Positions 47,848 to 57,541 of a stretch of 64,000 nucleotides of DNA are shown one piece after another. Within the stretch, counting starts at the first letter, position 1, and each line of letters starts with the position of its first letter. The position numbers and the translations under genes are program-made. Below the pieces are notes generated by a model. The model was not told the DNA's origin. It worked only from the letters and a program-made list of their open reading frames with translations, and searched no databases. The stretch lies in contig OZ244656.1 in assembly GCA_965218825.1 (NCBI GenBank), positions 4,765,038 to 4,829,037 on the forward strand, read 5' to 3'. The stretch comes from Vicinamibacterales bacterium. GTDB lineage: Bacteria > Acidobacteriota > Vicinamibacteria > Vicinamibacterales > UBA8438.

Positions 47848-49257
47848 CTACATGACGACTCCAGTCTTGGCATCGACGAGCTCGCACCCCAGCGAGGCGG
47901 CGCGCCTCCGGAGGCCGCGCAGGATCCGCGATCGCTGCTGTTGGTCGTAGTCGGCGGCCGTGCGCTCCCGGTAGGGGAGGCGGTCCCGGAGCATGCGATA
48001 CACCAGGATGGCGAGCTTGCGGGCCGTCGCCGTGATCGCCTTGGCCTTGCCGGCGCGGGCGGCGAGCCGCCGGTAGAACGCGCCGAGCGCGTGATCGCTG
48101 CGCCCGAGACTCATGGCGGCCAGGCGGAGGGTCTTTGCCGCCCGATTGGCCGACGGTTGCGTGCGGGAGCTGAGGAGCTTGCCCCCGGAGATCTGGTTCC
48201 GGGGCGCGACCGTGAGCCACGAGGTGAAGTGCTTCTCCGTCGCCCAGCGACGCATATCGACGCCGATCTCGGACACGAGTTTGAGCGCCCCATACGGCCC
48301 CAGGCCTGGGATCGCGGTCAGGTCGACGCCTGCGCACAGCGTATACAGCGGGACCCGGATCTCGAAGCGGGGTTCGTTGGCACTCCGCCGCCGCGCGGGT
48401 CGGGGCGGGTCCGGCGGCTCATCGGGGGTCTGGCAGGTCGCCTCGAGGGCGCGGATCTGGCACTGGATCTCGTCGTCGCAGCGGCCGATCTGCGTCTGGT
48501 AGAAGTCGTAGCCCTCGAGCGCTTGGCGAAGCACGAACAAATGTTCGGCGCGGTAGTGCCCTGTGAGCGCGGCGGCGATCTCCGCCTCGGTGGCCTTGCA
48601 GCGCGGGTCGCGGTGCCGGGCGAGGACAGCGGAGTCGGTTTCGCCCGCGACGATGTCACGTAGGATCGCGACCCCGGTCACCCCGGTGACGTCGGTCAGG
48701 ACGTGATGGAGCTGGAGGTTCATGAGGACGAGCGCCTTCTGCATCCGCTGGACCCATGAGGCCGCCGACTCGACCAGCTGATCGCGGTGCCGGATGACGC
48801 TGCGCAGCGCCGCGATCGGTGCGTCGGGCCGGAAGCTCCCGCGCAACAGCCCGAAGGTGTGCAGCTGCTGGAGCCACTGGCAATCGACGATGTCGCTCTT
48901 GCGGCCGGGCACGCCCTTCACATGGTGGGCGTTCACGAGCAGCACCTCGATCCCACGGGCTTCGAGGAGTTCGTACAGCGGGATCCAGTAGACCCCCGTC
49001 GACTCCATGGCGACCGTGTCAATCCCGCACGCCTCGAGCCAGGTGGCCAACGCGGTGAGATCATGGGTGAAACTCGTGAATTCTCGTACCGGCTGGTCGT
49101 CCCGATCGTCGGGCACCGCCACCCAGTGGCTCGCGCTGCCGATATCGATGCCGGCGGCGTTCAGATGGATCTTTCGGAGAATCTCTTGCTCTTGTCGAGC
49201 GCGCTGCTGTGCTTGACCTCGTTCTCGTTGCGTCACGGGGGGCTCCTTGGGGATCAT
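47848..49257 (-). CDS. IS110-family transposase (intact)
   Basis: 469 aa with AAGIDIGSASHWVAV, VAMESTGVYWIPLYELL (DEDD domain), and a C-terminal Transposase_20 region LPGLGPYGALKLVSEIG. Confidence 0.9.
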   Translation of the reverse strand: MIPKEPPVTQRERGQAQQRARQEQEILRKIHLNAAGIDIGSASHWVAVPDDRDDQPVREFTSFTHDLTALATWLEACGIDTVAMESTGVYWIPLYELLEARGIEVLLVNAHHVKGVPGRKSDIVDCQWLQQLHTFGLLRGSFRPDAPIAALRSVIRHRDQLVESAASWVQRMQKALVLMNLQLHHVLTDVTGVTGVAILRDIVAGETDSAVLARHRDPRCKATEAEIAAALTGHYRAEHLFVLRQALEGYDFYQTQIGRCDDEIQCQIRALEATCQTPDEPPDPPRPARRRSANEPRFEIRVPLYTLCAGVDLTAIPGLGPYGALKLVSEIGVDMRRWATEKHFTSWLTVAPRNQISGGKLLSSRTQPSANRAAKTLRLAAMSLGRSDHALGAFYRRLAARAGKAKAITATARKLAILVYRMLRDRLPYRERTAADYDQQQRSRILRGLRRRAASLGCELVDAKTGVVM

Positions 49258-49515
49258 GGGTGAAGCACCCGAGGGCAGGGATGTGTCGGGGAAGCAGTCT
49301 CTTGAACGGGGTCACACCAATCGTGCCACCAGTGCGGCTGTCGCCACATCCCCGGACCAAGCTCCTAGACGGGGACTGGCCACCAGTGGTCCGTCGGCCT
49401 CGGCCCTCGGGCGCGCGGCCAGCATATCGCCAAGCACCGTCGGGGCGCATCCGTTTTTCTGCCCAGCGAGGCGTCGCGGCCCGCGCGGGTGAAAAGCTCC
49501 TGAGAAACTGGCTCC

Positions 49516-49770
49516 CTACACAACGAGCCCCGTACTGGCTTCGACGAGTTCAAAGCCGAGTGATGTCGCCCGTTTGCGGAGGCCGCGGAGGATGCGTGTG
49601 CGCTGGCGCGTGTCGTACTCGGCCGCGGATGTGTGATGGTAGGGCATGTTGTATGTGAGCATGCGGTAGACGAGCAGGGCGAGCTTGCGGGCGGTCGCCG
49701 TCATGGCGGTGGGCTTGTCCGTGCGAGCGGCCAGCCTGCGGTAGAACGCCCCGAGCGCGTGGTCGCCGCC
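49516..49770 (-). pseudogene. second IS110-family transposase, C-terminal fragment
   Basis: DHALGAFYRRLAARTDKPTAMTATARKLALLVYRMLTYNMPYHHTSAAEYD...FELVEASTGLVV. Confidence 0.7.
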
Positions 49771-49774
49771 GCAC

Positions 49775-50537
49775 CTCCACACCTTGGCCGCGCTGATTGC
49801 GGCGCACCCGGATCGCACGCTGGCTGAGCTGAAGGACGCCCTCGCCACGCCCGCGAGTGTGCCGACGGTCTGGCGCGCCGTGCGGGCCCTCGGCCTGACC
49901 GTTAAAAAAAACGGTCCGCCCGTCCGAACACGATCGGTCTGACGTCGCGGCCGCGCGGGTCGCGTGGCACGCGGCGGCGCCGACCTGGGATGTCGCCCAC
50001 CTCGTGTTTCTGGACGAAACCGGCATCACCACCAATCTGCTTCGGCGATACGGCCGGGCACCGCGCGGCGCGCGCGTCCACGACCACGCCCCCTGCGGGC
50101 GCTGGCAGACCAGCACGTTTCTCGCCGCGTTGCGGGTCACGGGGCTGACCGCACCGGGGGTCTTCGACGGCGCGATCGATGGCGAGAGCTTCCGCGCCTA
50201 CATCGAACAGATCCTGGTGCCGACCCTGCAGCCCGGCGACATCGTCATTGCCGACACTCTCGGGGCCCACAAGGTCGCCGGCATCCAACGCACCATCCAG
50301 GCTGCCGGGGCCACCCTCTGGTACTGGCCACCCTATAGCCCGGACCTCAATCCCATCGAGCTCTGCTTCGCGAAGCTCAAGGCCCTCGTTCGCACCGCTC
50401 GCTGTCGCAGCACCGACACGCGCTGGCCGTTCCTCGGCCAGTGCTTGGCCCACTTCAGCCCTGACGAATGCCGCAACTATTTTCGGCACTGCGGGTACTC
50501 GGCCGCCACACGGTCATGGAAGGTGCGCGAAACTTAG
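49775..50537 (+). pseudogene. IS630-family transposase, 5'-truncated, frame change at an A8 run
   Basis: LAALIAAHPDRTLAELKDAL...LTVKK, then the A8 run at 49904-49911, then TVRPSEHDRSDVAAARVAWH...LVFLDETGITTN...PPYSPDLNPIE (DDE_3). Confidence 0.75.
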
Positions 50538-51941
50538 TTGGGAATTGAAGCGGCTCCAAACCCTGTGGTTTGATGACGTTGCCTAAGACGAACATCACGC
50601 CACGAGAGAAAGGAGCCGAGATGAGCAGTGTCCTACGACCCGTCAGGAAGCGCAAGAAGGTTCGCACGTTGGGCCCGGTCGACGTCATCGACCGGAAGGA
50701 GTACGCCGAACTGGACGTCGACACCAAGGTGGAGTTGATCCGGTCCTTGGTGCCGCTGGGGTTGCTGCATGTCGAGGAGTTGCTCGACGCGGAGGTGACG
50801 GCGCTGGCGGGCGGGCGCTATGCCCGCAAGGACGCATCGGTCGGCGGGCGTCGTCATGGCAGCAACCCCGGGACGGTCGGGTTGGCCGGCCAGCGCGTGC
50901 CAATTCGCGTGCCACGGATTCGCCATGTCGCGGGGAGCGAGATGCCGCTGCGGTCCTACGAGGCGTTGCATGGGGAGCGCGCGGTGAACGACCTGCTGCT
51001 GAAGCGCGTGCTGTACGGAATCTCGTGCCGCAACTACGAAGCCGCGGCGGCGGCGATTTCCGGAGCCATCGGGCTGTCGGGGTCGACCGTGTCCCGGGGC
51101 TTTATTCAGGCTAGCGCGGCGAAACTGCGGGAGCTCCAGGAGCGGGACCTCTCCGGCGAGGACGTGGTGGCCGTGGTCCTGGACGGCAAGACCGTTGCCG
51201 AGGCAACGATGGTCATCGCGCTGGGCATCACGATGGCGGGGGAAAAACGCTTTCTGGGCTTCGTCGAGACGGATACCGAGAACGAGAAAGTGTTGACCCC
51301 GTTCTTGCGGTCGTTGGTCGAGCGGGGTCTTGACGTCTCCCAGGGCGTGCTGGTGATCCTCGACGGCGGCAAGGGGCTGCGATCAGCCGTCCGCAAAGCC
51401 TTCCGGGACCGGGCGCTGGTCCACCGGTGCCAGTGGCATAAGCGCGAGAACGTGGTGAGTTACCTGGCCAAGACCGAGCAGGCGTCGTGGCGCCAGCGCC
51501 TCCAACGCGCCTACAACCGTCCGGAATACGACGAAGCCCGCGCGGCCCTTGAGACGCTCCATCGCGAGCTGGAGGACCGGAACCAATCGGCGGCCCGCAG
51601 CTTGGCGGAAGGCTTCGACGAGACCTTGACGCTGCATCGACTCGGGCTCTACGGCGTTCTGGGCCGCTCGCTGAAGACGACGAACTGTCTGGAGTCCGTC
51701 AATGCGCTCGTCGAGGAACGCTGCGCGAAGGTCGATCACTGGCAAAACTCGCGTCAACGTCACCGCTGGCTGGCGACCGCGCTCTTGGACATCGAACCGC
51801 GCCTGCGCAAGGTGATGGGGTACCGGCACCTGCCCACGCTCCGTGCCGCGTTGAAGCGAGAACTGAAGATCGACACGACGACGTCGAAGAAGAAAGCCGC
51901 GTAGTCAATCAGGAGCCGTAGAGAGTTTCAACTAAGAATGG
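50528..51941 (+). mobile_element. IS256-family IS (boundaries +/-10 bp)
   Basis: Inverted repeats CTTAGTTGGGAATTGAAGCGGCTCC (50533) and the reverse complement of GGAGCCGTAGAGAGTTTCAACTAAG (51912-51936). It is inserted into the IS630 3' end. Confidence 0.75.
50621..51904 (+). CDS. IS256-family (mutator-type) transposase
   Basis: AAGGAG RBS. VVAVVLDGKT, LVILDGGKGLRSAVRKAF, HRCQWHKRENV and TTNCLESVNALVE. Confidence 0.9.
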   Translation: MSSVLRPVRKRKKVRTLGPVDVIDRKEYAELDVDTKVELIRSLVPLGLLHVEELLDAEVTALAGGRYARKDASVGGRRHGSNPGTVGLAGQRVPIRVPRIRHVAGSEMPLRSYEALHGERAVNDLLLKRVLYGISCRNYEAAAAAISGAIGLSGSTVSRGFIQASAAKLRELQERDLSGEDVVAVVLDGKTVAEATMVIALGITMAGEKRFLGFVETDTENEKVLTPFLRSLVERGLDVSQGVLVILDGGKGLRSAVRKAFRDRALVHRCQWHKRENVVSYLAKTEQASWRQRLQRAYNRPEYDEARAALETLHRELEDRNQSAARSLAEGFDETLTLHRLGLYGVLGRSLKTTNCLESVNALVEERCAKVDHWQNSRQRHRWLATALLDIEPRLRKVMGYRHLPTLRAALKRELKIDTTTSKKKAA

Positions 51942-51976
51942 GCTTGACTCCGGTCATGAAAAGCGCTTTAGGTGCG

Positions 51977-53296
51977 TGCCCGGGGTCGGCCGCGTCGGCC
52001 CGCCCCGTCACCGCGTGTGCCACGATCGCGGGCCGGCCCGTACTCTGGGGCCTGGATGCAATCCCCGGCGCACAGCCGGGCGGTGTCCGGCCCCCGCCGC
52101 CCCCCGCTGCCCTTTACGCGGTGGTGCGTCGCACGAGGCGGAGGGGTGATGCGGTGCGCGGGGTGGCGGGACCGGCCGCGTGGGACCGCCGACGGGCTGG
52201 TACCGCCTGCGCCTGCTGCGCCAGATACTCGACGAGTTGGTCCCCGGCGTCGAGCAGTTCCTGCTCGTGGATAATGTTGTAGCGGTCGAAGATGGCCCGG
52301 CTCTTGTGCCCGGTCAGGAGCATGGCGACCCGCTCGGGGACATTCGCGCGGATCAGGTTGCGGGCGGCGGTACGCCGACAATCGTGAAGGAAGCGGGTCG
52401 GCACCCCGGCCGACTGACAGGCGGTGCGCCACGCCGTGCGCCAGCGGCGGATCGTGATCCCATCGCGGTGGAAGACGAGCGGGCTGGTGGGATCGCGGCG
52501 CGCTCGCCGTCGCGCCAGCGCCTCGGCGATGGGCGGCGAGATGGGGAGGATGCGTCCCACCAACGTCTTCGAGCGCGCGGGCGAGAGTCGGATGACACCG
52601 CCGGCCTCGTCAATCTCATCCCAGGTGAGACCAAGGATCTCCTGCTTGCGCCAGCCGGAGTAGTAGGCCACATCGAGGATGTCCTGCCACGGGGCGGGCA
52701 GGTGGGCGCGGACGGCGAGGTATTCGGGGTGCTCGAAGAAGCCCTGGCGGGGGGGATTCTCGCGCAGGCGGTCGGGGAAGCTGGGTACGGTATCGAGCCA
52801 GCCCCAGTGGGCGGCGAGGGTGCCCATGCGGTGGAGGGCCGAGGTCTCGCGATTGATGGTGCCGGTGGCCGCCCCGGCGGCGCGCCGGGTCAGTTGGTAC
52901 TGGCGGATCTGATGCGTGGTCAGGGCGGCGACCCGCGCGGCGCGACCGAAGAAGGCGGCAAGATGGGCGGTCCGGCCGCGAGCGGTGCTGTGGGACCGGA
53001 ACTGCCGGACCTGGTAGTCCTGGAGGTAGGCGTCGCTGAGATCTCCCAGGGTCGGCCCCAGGGGGCCGAAGGTGCGCGTGAGCGGCGCCGTTGCGCGTGA
53101 GTCACCGGGGGGGGTGGCGGTCGAGCCGGTTTCGTGCGGGGTCATGGACTCGGTTCCTCCTCGTGGTGGCGGCCGCGGGCAGGCGGCGTCCGTCCACATT
53201 CGCTCTGGTGGGCGCGACAGGCAAGCGAAATGTGCGACGGCGAAGGCACGGCGATGTGGGAGGATGGCGGCCGAGTGCACATGTACGGCGCGCGAA
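51977..53296 (-). mobile_element. tyrosine-recombinase unit, copy 2 (left arm clipped, right arm absent)
   Basis: 51977-52095 aligns with the inner about 120 bp of the 63624-63807 arm. The leader 53146-53296 matches copy 1. Similarity stops at gaattcggccgg. Confidence 0.5.
52114..53145 (-). CDS. tyrosine-type site-specific recombinase/integrase, paralog 2
   Basis: 344 aa, roughly 90% identical to paralog 1 by eye, with the same catalytic residues and RBS. Confidence 0.9.
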   Translation of the reverse strand: MTPHETGSTATPPGDSRATAPLTRTFGPLGPTLGDLSDAYLQDYQVRQFRSHSTARGRTAHLAAFFGRAARVAALTTHQIRQYQLTRRAAGAATGTINRETSALHRMGTLAAHWGWLDTVPSFPDRLRENPPRQGFFEHPEYLAVRAHLPAPWQDILDVAYYSGWRKQEILGLTWDEIDEAGGVIRLSPARSKTLVGRILPISPPIAEALARRRARRDPTSPLVFHRDGITIRRWRTAWRTACQSAGVPTRFLHDCRRTAARNLIRANVPERVAMLLTGHKSRAIFDRYNIIHEQELLDAGDQLVEYLAQQAQAVPARRRSHAAGPATPRTASPLRLVRRTTA

Positions 53297-53868
53297 TTCG
53301 GCCGGTGCTCCCGCCCCACCGTGCGGCCCGGCCGGACCGTGCACGACGCGCGCGACCACGGCGACGGCTCCGACACCCGCGCGTGCGGCCGGCGGACGAG
53401 CGGCTCGCTGACCGAAACCCGCGTTCGCGACTGGCAGGACTGGCCGGACCGGTTCGACGGGTCGGCGGACCGGCACATGAACTCAGGCCCGCTGGACGGG
53501 ACCGACCAACGGGCCAGGCACGTCCTCGCCGCGTGCATCGAGTCAGACGGACCAGTCGACGCCGATGGCGATCAGGCCCTGGTCATCGACGATGCGCGCC
53601 ACCCGACCTTCCTGCCCAGTGGCGAGGCGGCACGGCCCTGGAACGCGCCCACCGGGGCGCTCGTGCGTGCGCCGGCCACGCCGCCGCCGGTGCTCGGGGC
53701 CGAGGCGCGTGGCCCACCTCTCCGATGAGCCCGATGTGACCTGGCTGGTCAACGGTCTCGCGGCCAAGGATGGGATCGAGCCATCGGGTCCGTGAGCAGC
53801 CACCGGCGTGCCGCGGCGGTGGCTGCACGAATCGTGACGGGTCCGCACGAGGCCCACCGACAGGATCC

Positions 53869-54400
53869 TCACCGGCCGAGGCGAGATGACACGGGTCGGC
53901 CGAGGGCGGTCATCCGATTCAGGATCGCACAGCCGAGGACGACCGCACTCCCCTGCCTGGCTGGACTCCGGGCGCGAAGGCCCTCGCCGATGATGGACGT
54001 GTCGCGGAAGCACGTGTTCTCCACCCGGCCCTGACGATGGGACCCTGACACCTGCTTCCAGCGGCACCGGCCGAGCGTCTTTGCCAACGGGATCGTTCGA
54101 TCCCGCGCGGGTGACCGCGGGCCGTGGCACCCCGCGCCCGTGCGGTCTCGTCGATGGCGACCGTGTCAGAGGCGGCGTCCGCGGTGACGCGCGCGAGAGG
54201 ACCATCGACCGCGGTGAGCCGATCGAGGGCAAGGGTCGCATCATCGCCCGTCTCCTCAGTCACCGTGTGGACACGGGTCACGCCTGACGGATCGACGCCA
54301 CGGTGGCGCTTCCGCCAGCCACGCCGGCCGCGGCCCCCGTGTGTCGCAGCGGCCCACGGGCCCTCCCAGGTCCACTGGCGGACGGTGTCGAGCCCGCCCT
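53869..54400 (-). pseudogene. diverged IS5-family transposase remnant with frameshifts
   Basis: HGGRGRRGWRKRHRGVDPSGV...VTADAASDTVAI in one frame. WKQVSGSHRQGRVENTCFRDTSIIGEGLRARS...CAILNRMTALGRP in another. Confidence 0.6.
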
Positions 54401-54661
54401 GGCGGTATGACTCAGATCGTGACGCCGTCGTCGCCGGGCTCGCGGCCCGCCTGGAAGGCGTGAGAGGCCACGGCCATGGCGACGACCGTCTCGGGCGGCC
54501 GTACGGCCGATCCTCGATGCAGGCCGGACCATCGCGGCGGTCGACCGCACCCGCCATCGTGTCGGAATCCATGACGTTCGCCGTCTTCGTACGTACCGTC
54601 AACGGCCGGGCGGAGGAGGCGTGCGTCATCACGCAGGGTACCCGCGTCGAGCAGTCGTCGG

Positions 54662-56086
54662 CTACCAGACCAGCCAGTTCGACTCCGGCCTGACGCAACG
54701 CGCGATGAGTTGCGAGAAGGCATCCACGTCGTCGTCGTGCGCGCCCGTCGGAAACACGCAGAGCTGGTGCAGGAAGTCGTCCACCCACGCGCGCTCGGGG
54801 CGGGCGCGCCCGTGCGGTCGCGGGTCTGGCAACCAGACGTTGCCCGCCTCCACCATCGGTGCCGCCGCCTCGGCACGCGCGTACTTCCCGCCATCGGGCA
54901 TGACTGGGATGATGCCGGCGATCTGGTGCGTGAGGACATTGATAATCGCGAACCCATTCGCCGCCTCTTCGATCAGGGTGGTCTGCGTCCCCGGATACCG
55001 GCCGTGGAGGCGGACGACTTGCCGACGCGTCTCCGTGAAGTCCCATTGTCCTTTCACGCGGTCGACCAGGTAGACGTCCGCGCCCTCGCGCGCGGCTTGC
55101 AGACCGACGACGTAGTCGTTGGAGGGACCGCCTTTGAATGACATATCCCACGATGCCAGCCACGTGCTGACGCGCGGCCGTTCGTCGTAGAACTTGAACC
55201 ATGCGCGTTTGAACAGTCGCCCCCCAGCAGGTGCGGGCCGTTGTTGATACTGCGTGTCGAAGGCGGTGGATCCGAGTTGCCGGCGCTGCAGGGCCAGTTC
55301 CGTCGGGCCTTCGCGCGCCGGCCAGAGGAGGTGGCCCGGTGCGCGAGTCTCGACCCGGCCGGACACCGGAAACACAATGTCCGTCGCCACGTCGGCCTCC
55401 ACGGGTAGGCACAGGTGCCGGTACCCGAGTTCGAGGCACCGTGCCGACAGATCCGCCTCGTGTAGCCGCTGCATCACGACCACGACCGCCCCGGTTTTCG
55501 GGGTGTCGAGCCGTGTGGACAGCGTCTCTCGGAAGAACCGCAAGGCGGCCTCGCGTTGTGCGTCGCTGTCCGCCTGTTGGGGGTTGTGCAGATCGTCCAC
55601 GATGATCCGATCGCCGCCTTTGCCCGTCGCGGAGCCGCCGACCGAGGTGGCCACCATGACGCCCTGGCGGGTATTCCGGAACTCGCCTTTGACATTCTGA
55701 TCGGAGGAGAGCTGCACGGTGTGGCCCCACCGTGCCTGGTACCACTCCGACTGCACCAGGGTGCGACGGTCGAGGGACAACTTCAGCGAGAGCGCGTCGC
55801 TGTAGCTCACACAGATCCAGCGTCGACTGGGGGATGCGATCCACTCCCACACGGGCCAGAACACGGACACGAGGAGGGACTTCATGTACCGCGGCGGCAG
55901 GTTGATCAGGAGTCGCGTGGTCTGACCCGCCGTGATCGCTTCCAGGTGCTCGCAGACCAGATCAATATGCCAGTTCGGCAGAAACGGTGTCGTCGGTTCG
56001 AGCACGGGCCAGGCCTGTTCCACGAACGCCCGCAACGAGCGGGCGGCCTGCCGGGTGAGGAGTTCATCTTGGAGCTCGGCGTACAC
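54662..56086 (-). CDS. phage terminase large subunit-like protein (orphan)
   Basis: FLPNWHIDLVCEHLEAI, LINLPPRYMKS (Walker A variant), IIVDDLHNP (Walker B) and C-terminal nuclease-domain motifs SWDMSF and HDDDVDAFSQ. No other phage morphogenesis genes are nearby. Confidence 0.8.
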   Translation of the reverse strand: MYAELQDELLTRQAARSLRAFVEQAWPVLEPTTPFLPNWHIDLVCEHLEAITAGQTTRLLINLPPRYMKSLLVSVFWPVWEWIASPSRRWICVSYSDALSLKLSLDRRTLVQSEWYQARWGHTVQLSSDQNVKGEFRNTRQGVMVATSVGGSATGKGGDRIIVDDLHNPQQADSDAQREAALRFFRETLSTRLDTPKTGAVVVVMQRLHEADLSARCLELGYRHLCLPVEADVATDIVFPVSGRVETRAPGHLLWPAREGPTELALQRRQLGSTAFDTQYQQRPAPAGGRLFKRAWFKFYDERPRVSTWLASWDMSFKGGPSNDYVVGLQAAREGADVYLVDRVKGQWDFTETRRQVVRLHGRYPGTQTTLIEEAANGFAIINVLTHQIAGIIPVMPDGGKYARAEAAAPMVEAGNVWLPDPRPHGRARPERAWVDDFLHQLCVFPTGAHDDDVDAFSQLIARCVRPESNWLVW

Positions 56087-56125
56087 GGCCTGCCGGGTGC
56101 TGCCAAGAATCGCGGAGACAAAAGA

Positions 56126-57514
56126 GGTCCTTCCGGGTTTAGCGTGGGTAGAGGTCGAGCCCTCCGCAGTGAAAATAGATCGCCGTCGTGAAGTGTGACG
56201 GGTTGCGGAAGCCGCCGGCCTTTCGCTTGATGCTCATGATCTTGCTGTTGAGACCTTCAGCCACGCCATTCGTGATCGGATGCTGGACAAAGCGGAGCAC
56301 CCCTGCGAGATGCCGCTTCAACGTCTTCGCCACCTGCTTCACGGGCGCGAGCCGCGAGCGGATCGCCCAGCCATACCAGCGCGTGAAGAACCGCGTCACG
56401 GCCGCATGCTGACGGTAGGTCCACAAGGCCCGCAACGCTTCTTTGATCGCCCACGCGCGCCCGACTTTCAACTTCAGCGCTTGGAGCGTCGCGAACGCGG
56501 CCGCATGCCGCGCCGGCCGCCGCTCGTCGCTGAACAGCCACAGGTACTTGGTGCCGGTCAGCGGCGAACCCTCGCCGGCCCGCAGAAAAGCGCGATGCTC
56601 CTGTTTGCGGACCGTATCGACGGCCTTCGTCATCTCCCGCATGATGTGGAACCGATCGAAGCCGATCTTCTCGTCGCCGGCGGGCAGGCCGTCCCGCGTG
56701 GCGCCGATGTACGCCTCCCACATGTCCATCGCGACGGCGTGCAGTGCCCGCCGCTGGGCGTCCGTCAACTGGGCATCGTACGCCGCCAGACTCTCCGTCT
56801 TGCGATCTTCGGCCACAAACTCGACGGTCGCCCGCTGGAGGTCGCACACGATCGTGTGATAGCGATGGCCCTTGCGGAACGCCTTCTCGTCGACGCCGAT
56901 GTAGCGGATCGGCCGCGCCTCTTTCCGCGCGTGGCCCCGCGCGACGGCGCGGCTCATCACGCCCCAGGCCTCGTCCCAGCTGACGCCCGCGATCTCACAC
57001 GCACCTTTGACCGTACTGCACTGCAGGATCAGATCGATGATCAACCGTTCCAACAACCCCGTGAAGCGGCTCCGTGGCTCGGCCCACGGCACCCGCACTT
57101 GCTTCACGCCATGGGTCGGACACTGCACCCGCGGAATCTCGGCATGCAGGTGCGTCTGAAACTGACACGTGTCGAGATGGCGCCACGTGCGCTCTGCCGC
57201 ATGATCGAAGGCGGGCACCGTCTCGCCGCAGTTGGGACAGGGCCAGCGCGTCGGCTCGTGCTCTAGCCACACGTCGACCCGCTCGTCCTCGGGTTTCAGC
57301 TCGACGCGCGCCACGTGCCAGGGGGTAGGGATCCCCAAGATCGTCTCGAACAGCTTGGTATCCTGCATTCGCTCCTCCGCCGGAGCGTTCTATCAGCAGG
57401 ACACCTCGAGTGCAATCCGCCGCCGAGCAAGCCCCCCACCCACCAGGGGGCCCCCGCAGGCGGCCTGACGAGTCACCCGGGATCCTTGCGACCCACGGAG
57501 ATCCCGGAAGGACC
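56126..57514 (-). mobile_element. ISL3-family IS, copy 2 (1,389 bp)
   Basis: Same inverted repeats as copy 1. Perfect 8-bp duplication ACAAAAGA at 56118-56125 and 57515-57522. Confidence 0.9.
56139..57368 (-). CDS. ISL3-family transposase
   Basis: 409 aa, differing from copy 1 at 2 residues (V/G, A/S). Confidence 0.9.
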   Translation of the reverse strand: MQDTKLFETILGIPTPWHVARVELKPEDERVDVWLEHEPTRWPCPNCGETVPAFDHAAERTWRHLDTCQFQTHLHAEIPRVQCPTHGVKQVRVPWAEPRSRFTGLLERLIIDLILQCSTVKGACEIAGVSWDEAWGVMSRAVARGHARKEARPIRYIGVDEKAFRKGHRYHTIVCDLQRATVEFVAEDRKTESLAAYDAQLTDAQRRALHAVAMDMWEAYIGATRDGLPAGDEKIGFDRFHIMREMTKAVDTVRKQEHRAFLRAGEGSPLTGTKYLWLFSDERRPARHAAAFATLQALKLKVGRAWAIKEALRALWTYRQHAAVTRFFTRWYGWAIRSRLAPVKQVAKTLKRHLAGVLRFVQHPITNGVAEGLNSKIMSIKRKAGGFRNPSHFTTAIYFHCGGLDLYPR

Positions 57515-57541
57515 ACAAAAGATGACGGGGCCGAGACCACA

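Noticed and set aside
53919-55850. 643-aa minus-strand ORF overlapping the terminase gene
   Set aside because: It is an alternative frame of the terminase and IS5-remnant region. It is Arg/Gly-rich and low-complexity. The terminase frame has clear motifs.
29504-57514. The two directly oriented ISL3 copies forming a 28-kb composite transposon
   Set aside because: Each copy has its own, different 8-bp target duplication (ACTTTTT[C/T] versus ACAAAAGA). They inserted independently.
57410-57541. ATG at 57410 as the start of the 1,234-aa helicase ORF
   Set aside because: Positions 57410-57514 belong to the ISL3 right end and are identical in copy 1. The in-frame extension is created by the insertion.
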